This document shows positions 60,458 to 64,000 of a stretch of 64,000 nt of DNA, one piece after another. How positions within the stretch are numbered: position 1 is the stretch's first letter; every line of letters begins with the position of its first letter. Source of the stretch: an uncultured Aquabacterium sp. (lineage in GTDB: Bacteria; Pseudomonadota; Gammaproteobacteria; Burkholderiales; Burkholderiaceae_C). The notes below the pieces were generated by a model, which worked only from the letters and a program-made list of their open reading frames with translations, ran no database searches and was not told the origin of the DNA. Where the stretch lies: contig CAYVOP010000002.1 of NCBI GenBank assembly GCA_964453105.1, positions 6,321-70,320 on the forward strand. The letters are read 5' to 3'. Both the position numbers and the translations under genes were made by a program.

Positions 60458-60948
60458 GACTCCAAAACGCTTTGATCACTTACATCGAACACAGTGACCA
60501 CGATGCGGTGTTCGTGGTCGATCTCGCTCATCAGGGTGACCCGTGCGATCGCATGCGATTGCAGGGTCAAGTATTTCTCGGCTGACACCTCCAGCGGCAA
60601 GCCGATGTCGATCACATTCGGGTTTTCGCAGCCCTTGATCACGCTGCTGGCCAGCACATTGCAGGTTTCCAGGCAGGCGTCCTGCAAATCGGCCTCGTTG
60701 ATTTCACCTTCCGGCTGACCAAACATGAAGCGGGCAACCGCTTCGGCCTGATCTTCGTCCAGCATCACCGCCACGGCAATCAGCCGATGGCCGTTGAGTA
60801 ACTTGACCGGCAGCACCACGCGATGCTCGCGCTCTCCGGCGCGCGGCGGCTGAACCTCGGCGGGCACGAAATGGCGCTCGTGGCCACTCAAAAATGCCCA
60901 GGCGGGTTCCAGCTGGTTGGCCAGGTTCTGTATGGGAATCAGGGACAT
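60454..60948 (-). CDS. CheX-like chemotaxis phosphatase
   Basis: ARFMFG...DLQDACLETCNVLAS (D-x3-E-x2-N) followed by IGLP. Confidence 0.75.
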   Translation of the reverse strand: MSLIPIQNLANQLEPAWAFLSGHERHFVPAEVQPPRAGEREHRVVLPVKLLNGHRLIAVAVMLDEDQAEAVARFMFGQPEGEINEADLQDACLETCNVLASSVIKGCENPNVIDIGLPLEVSAEKYLTLQSHAIARVTLMSEIDHEHRIVVTVFDVSDQSVLES

Positions 60949-60993
60949 GGGTGTCGTCAGATTTGCCTCACATGGGATCAGAACAAAGCCTGG

Positions 60994-61021
60994 CCCCGAT
61001 TCCCCGATTTATCCCCGATTT
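60994..61021. repeat. Three direct copies of CCCCGATT upstream of the CheX operon
   Basis: Copies at 60994, 61002 and 61013; GATTTATC recurs at 61006 and 61050. Confidence 0.7.
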
Positions 61022-61052
61022 GTGCGTGAACAATCTCGCAATAACCCGGGAT

Positions 61053-61292
61053 TTATCTCACCATTTGGAATCGCAGCACCTGCTGTCCGTCTCGCTCGAC
61101 GGTTTCCGTGAACATCTCGAAGGGGCGAACCCACAGGGTGCCGTCGCCCTCCAGCGGGCGGTACAGGACCAGAGGGGCCAGGGTTTCGCTGTGGCGCACC
61201 ACACCCATGACGTCATACAGGGCGCCTTTGTGATGTTGATAGCGCCCCAGCGGGAGGCTGGGCAGGGGAGGGAGGGGGCGGTCTTGGCTCAT
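61053..61292 (-). CDS. DUF1653 protein
   Basis: GRYQHHKGALY...HSETL...VLYRPL...LWVRPFEMF. Confidence 0.9.
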   Translation of the reverse strand: MSQDRPLPPLPSLPLGRYQHHKGALYDVMGVVRHSETLAPLVLYRPLEGDGTLWVRPFEMFTETVERDGQQVLRFQMVR

Positions 61293-61339
61293 CCTCAGAG
61301 GATAATCGGCCCGCTCCCTTCGTCGTCTGCCGGATTGCC

Positions 61340-62356
61340 ATGCCCGCTTCCACTCCGTATTTCGCTGTTGTTCCGCGTCACACGCTGCCCACCTTGAGCT
61401 GCGTCATTCCTTGCTACAACGAGGCGGCCAACTTGCGCCTGTTGCTGCCCTTGCTGGCCGAGCAGTTGGCGCAATGCTCGCGCCAGTGGGAAGTGATCCT
61501 GGTCAACGATGGCAGCCGAGACGACACCTCCGAGGTGCTGTCTGAGTGGTCGAAGCAACCGGGCTTTCGCGCCATCGAGTTTTCGCGCAACTTTGGCAAG
61601 GAAGCCGCGCTGACGGCGGGGCTGGATGCGGCTGTGGGGGAAACCGTGGTGCTGATGGACGCTGACATGCAGCACCCGCCCCAACTCATTGCCGACATGG
61701 TGCAGCATTGGCAAAACGGCGCCGATGTGGTCTACGCCTTGCGCGCCAATCGCGACGACGAGTCCTTGTTCAAGCAATTGGGCACCCGTGCGTTCTACCG
61801 GTTGATGAATGCCAAGTCGCGCTTTCAGGTGCCCCCCGATGCGGGCGATTTCCGGCTGATGGATCGCGCTGTGGTCAACGCCCTGCAGGCCCTGCCTGAG
61901 CGCAACCGCTTCATGAAAGGCCTGTACGCCTGGGTGGGGTTCAAGTCGGTGGCCATTCCCTACGAACCGGCCGAACGCGCCAGCGGGGTCACCAATTACA
62001 GCGCGCTGCGCTTGCTGGCCTTTTCCATCGATGGCCTGACCGCCTTCACCACCTGGCCCCTGCGCTTTGCCAGCATCATCGGTTTGGTGCTTGCGGTGCT
62101 GGCCTTTGCCTACGGGGCCTTCGTCACGCAAGACTACATCTTCCACGGCAATGCCGTCTCGGGCTGGACCACCATCATCGTCTGCCTGCTGTTTTTTGTC
62201 GGCATCCAGTTGATCTCGTTGGGCATCTTGGGTGAGTACATTGCCCGCATCTTTGAAGAGGTCAAAAACCGGCCGGTTTACGTGGTTCGGCGCGCGCTGG
62301 GGCAGGGTCTGGCTCAAGAGGCCGATTCGCCGCAGCAGCCACGCATCGGGGCTTGA
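61340..62356 (+). CDS. GT2 undecaprenyl-phosphate glycosyltransferase (GtrB/ArnC/LgmA-like)
   Basis: VIPCYNE, VNDGSRD, FSRNFGKEAAL, MDADMQHPP, GDFRLMDR; two C-terminal TM segments. Confidence 0.93.
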   Translation: MPASTPYFAVVPRHTLPTLSCVIPCYNEAANLRLLLPLLAEQLAQCSRQWEVILVNDGSRDDTSEVLSEWSKQPGFRAIEFSRNFGKEAALTAGLDAAVGETVVLMDADMQHPPQLIADMVQHWQNGADVVYALRANRDDESLFKQLGTRAFYRLMNAKSRFQVPPDAGDFRLMDRAVVNALQALPERNRFMKGLYAWVGFKSVAIPYEPAERASGVTNYSALRLLAFSIDGLTAFTTWPLRFASIIGLVLAVLAFAYGAFVTQDYIFHGNAVSGWTTIIVCLLFFVGIQLISLGILGEYIARIFEEVKNRPVYVVRRALGQGLAQEADSPQQPRIGA

Positions 62357-63249
62357 CCATGAGCGCCTCCAGCCGATCGCTGGCCGTGTGCGTGGACGAC
62401 TTCGGCTTGCATGCTGGCGTCAACGCGGCGGTACTGGACCTGCTGGCGCTGGACCGCATCTCCGCCGTCAGTTGCCTGGTGGATGGGGTGGCCTGGCAGG
62501 AAGGCGCGCCGGCCTTGAAAGCGGGCGCCTACGCCGAGAGACCCGGCGGTGGACGGCGGGCCGACGTGGGCCTGCACCTGAATTTCACCGAATGCCTGGA
62601 TCCGGTGGCGCAGGCCGCCTGCCCCACGCACGGGCTGGGTGCGTTGATTCAGGCTACTTATCAGCGGCAGTTGGACCCAGCGTTGCTGCGCCGAGAAGTG
62701 GCTCGGCAGTGGGATCGGTTCGAGGCCGTGTGGGGGGCCGCGCCTGACTTTGTGGACGGGCATCAGCACGTGCATCAACTGCCCCAGGTGCGAGATGCCT
62801 TGGCGGCCGTCTTGGCTGACAAGCCACAGGGCCCCAGACCTTGGGTGCGCCGCTGCCGTGCCCCCGGTTGGCGGGCCTGGATGGCGCCGCGCTATTGGGG
62901 CGACGCCTTCAAGGCCGAGGTGATCGGGGCCTTGGGTTCAACTGCGTTGGCCGGTGCCATGCTGAGCCTGGGTTTGCCGACTTCGGGGCATTTGCTCGGG
63001 GTGTATCCCTTTGATGCCGACGAGTCGGCCTACCTGCAACGTTGGCGCCGGTGGCTGGCGCAACTGGCCCCTCAGGGCGATGTGATCATGTGCCACCCGG
63101 CCAAGCCAGGAGTGCCTGCCGGGGCGGTGCCCGATGTGATCGGCCCCTCGCGTGAAATGGAATACCGTGTGCTGACCGGCGCGGCCTGGGGTGAGCTTGT
63201 GAAGTCGGCCCAAATCCAAGTCGCCCCTTTGTCGGGCACCCTTCGTTAA
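62353..63249 (+). CDS. YdjC/ChbG/HpnK-family deacetylase (NaxD/LgmC-like)
   Basis: CVDDFG, VGLHLNFTE, DGHQHVH, MCHP. Confidence 0.9.
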   Translation: MTMSASSRSLAVCVDDFGLHAGVNAAVLDLLALDRISAVSCLVDGVAWQEGAPALKAGAYAERPGGGRRADVGLHLNFTECLDPVAQAACPTHGLGALIQATYQRQLDPALLRREVARQWDRFEAVWGAAPDFVDGHQHVHQLPQVRDALAAVLADKPQGPRPWVRRCRAPGWRAWMAPRYWGDAFKAEVIGALGSTALAGAMLSLGLPTSGHLLGVYPFDADESAYLQRWRRWLAQLAPQGDVIMCHPAKPGVPAGAVPDVIGPSREMEYRVLTGAAWGELVKSAQIQVAPLSGTLR

Positions 63250-63284
63250 ACTGCTCGGCTTTGTGTGCTGATGGGGACGTGTCT

Positions 63285-64000
63285 GTGACTCGCTTGCGTT
63301 CGAACTGGCTGTGGCCGCTGTTGATGCTGGGATGGCTGCTGCTGACCGCAGGATGGCGCCCATTGGCTGTGCCCGATGAAGGCCGCTACGCCGGCGTGGC
63401 GTGGGAAATGATTCGCTCAGGCGACTGGCTGACGCCCACCCTCAACGGCCTGCCTTTCTTCCACAAACCGCCGCTGTTTTACTGGGTCACGGCTTCGTCA
63501 CTGTCGGTCTTTGGTCTCAATCTGGTGGCGGCCCGCGCTGCCTCCATTCTGGGTGCCTGGATGGGCGCTGTGGCCTTGTGGTGGTTCGTGAAGCGCTGGG
63601 TGGGGCCCAACCAGGCCCGTTGGGTGTCCATCGCCCTGCTGACTCAGCCGTTTTTCTTTGGTGGCGGGCAGTACGCCAACCTCGACATGCTGGTGGCGGG
63701 GTGCATTGCCACCACCATCGTGCTGGCCGCGCATGCCGTGCTGTCGGCCGAGCAAGGCCAGCCTTACCATCTTGCTTTGTGGTCGGCCTACGGCATGGCG
63801 GGGCTGGGCCTGCTGGCCAAGGGCTTGATCGGCCTGGTCTTACCTGGTGGCGTGTTGGTGTTCTGGCTGCTGCTGTCGGGGCGCTGGCGCCGCATTCTGT
63901 GGGTGTTGTCAGTACCGGGCTTGTTGCTGTTTGCTGCCGTGGCCGCGCCGTGGTTCGTGGCCATGCAGCACCTGTATCCCGACTTCTTCCACTACTTCTT
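63285..64000 (+). CDS. ArnT-family (GT83) lipid A glycosyltransferase; truncated by the window end
   Basis: Translated by hand: PDEGRYAGVAWEMIRSGDW, FFHKPPLFYW, YANLDML, LAKGLIG. Start is GTG at 63279 or 63285. Confidence 0.9.
   Translation, partial: MTRLRSNWLWPLLMLGWLLLTAGWRPLAVPDEGRYAGVAWEMIRSGDWLTPTLNGLPFFHKPPLFYWVTASSLSVFGLNLVAARAASILGAWMGAVALWWFVKRWVGPNQARWVSIALLTQPFFFGGGQYANLDMLVAGCIATTIVLAAHAVLSAEQGQPYHLALWSAYGMAGLGLLAKGLIGLVLPGGVLVFWLLLSGRWRRILWVLSVPGLLLFAAVAAPWFVAMQHLYPDFFHYF

Noticed and set aside
60994-61021. CCCCGATT repeats as a mini-CRISPR or iteron array
   Set aside because: The units are too short, there are no spacers, and no cas or rep gene is present. Kept only as a possible operator.

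Overview
A gene-dense, high-GC (roughly 60-65% by eye, not computed) bacterial chromosomal segment. Gene content suggests a Burkholderiales-type betaproteobacterium (inference). I found about 57 CDS and no rRNA, tRNA, CRISPR array, integrase or transposase. In order: (1) a minus-strand cell-wall glycan operon (serine hydrolase-NamZ fusion, DUF4015-like glycoside hydrolase, Tat-type polysaccharide deacetylase); (2) an APH/AAA kinase, DUF59 and an NnrS-like membrane protein with an FNR/DNR-like box; (3) two separate lipase + foldase pairs; (4) an SHP-diheme cytochrome c-cytochrome b operon with a PmrA/QseB box and a convergent QseBC-like two-component system; (5) an MCP; (6) SbtA with a divergent LysR; (7) a DnaJ paralog and a DHH phosphoesterase; (8) AraC and a 7TM-DISM-GGDEF protein with a degenerate GGQEF site; (9) a lipoprotein + beta-barrel pair; (10) NemR/NemA; (11) a large hybrid kinase and DUF748; (12) an IorAB-like molybdoenzyme cluster with a TetR operator; (13) mgtA downstream of an alkyl-DHAP-synthase-like/GlpD/FGGY trio; (14) a mini FlgC-like gene, an exported creatininase-like protein and a beta-propeller; (15) a TetR-FAH-DJ-1-hydroxyacid oxidase operon; (16) a secreted pectin-acetylesterase/Notum-family esterase; (17) a CheX / REC-linker-CheX-like / membrane coiled-coil operon; (18) a GT2-YdjC-ArnT lipid A modification locus truncated by the window end. 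The best candidate for an undescribed system is the kinase-less CheX/REC-CheX/coiled-coil module at 58297-60948. All family assignments come from motif recognition only, with no database searches. Several starts were moved from the ORF track to better-supported codons.
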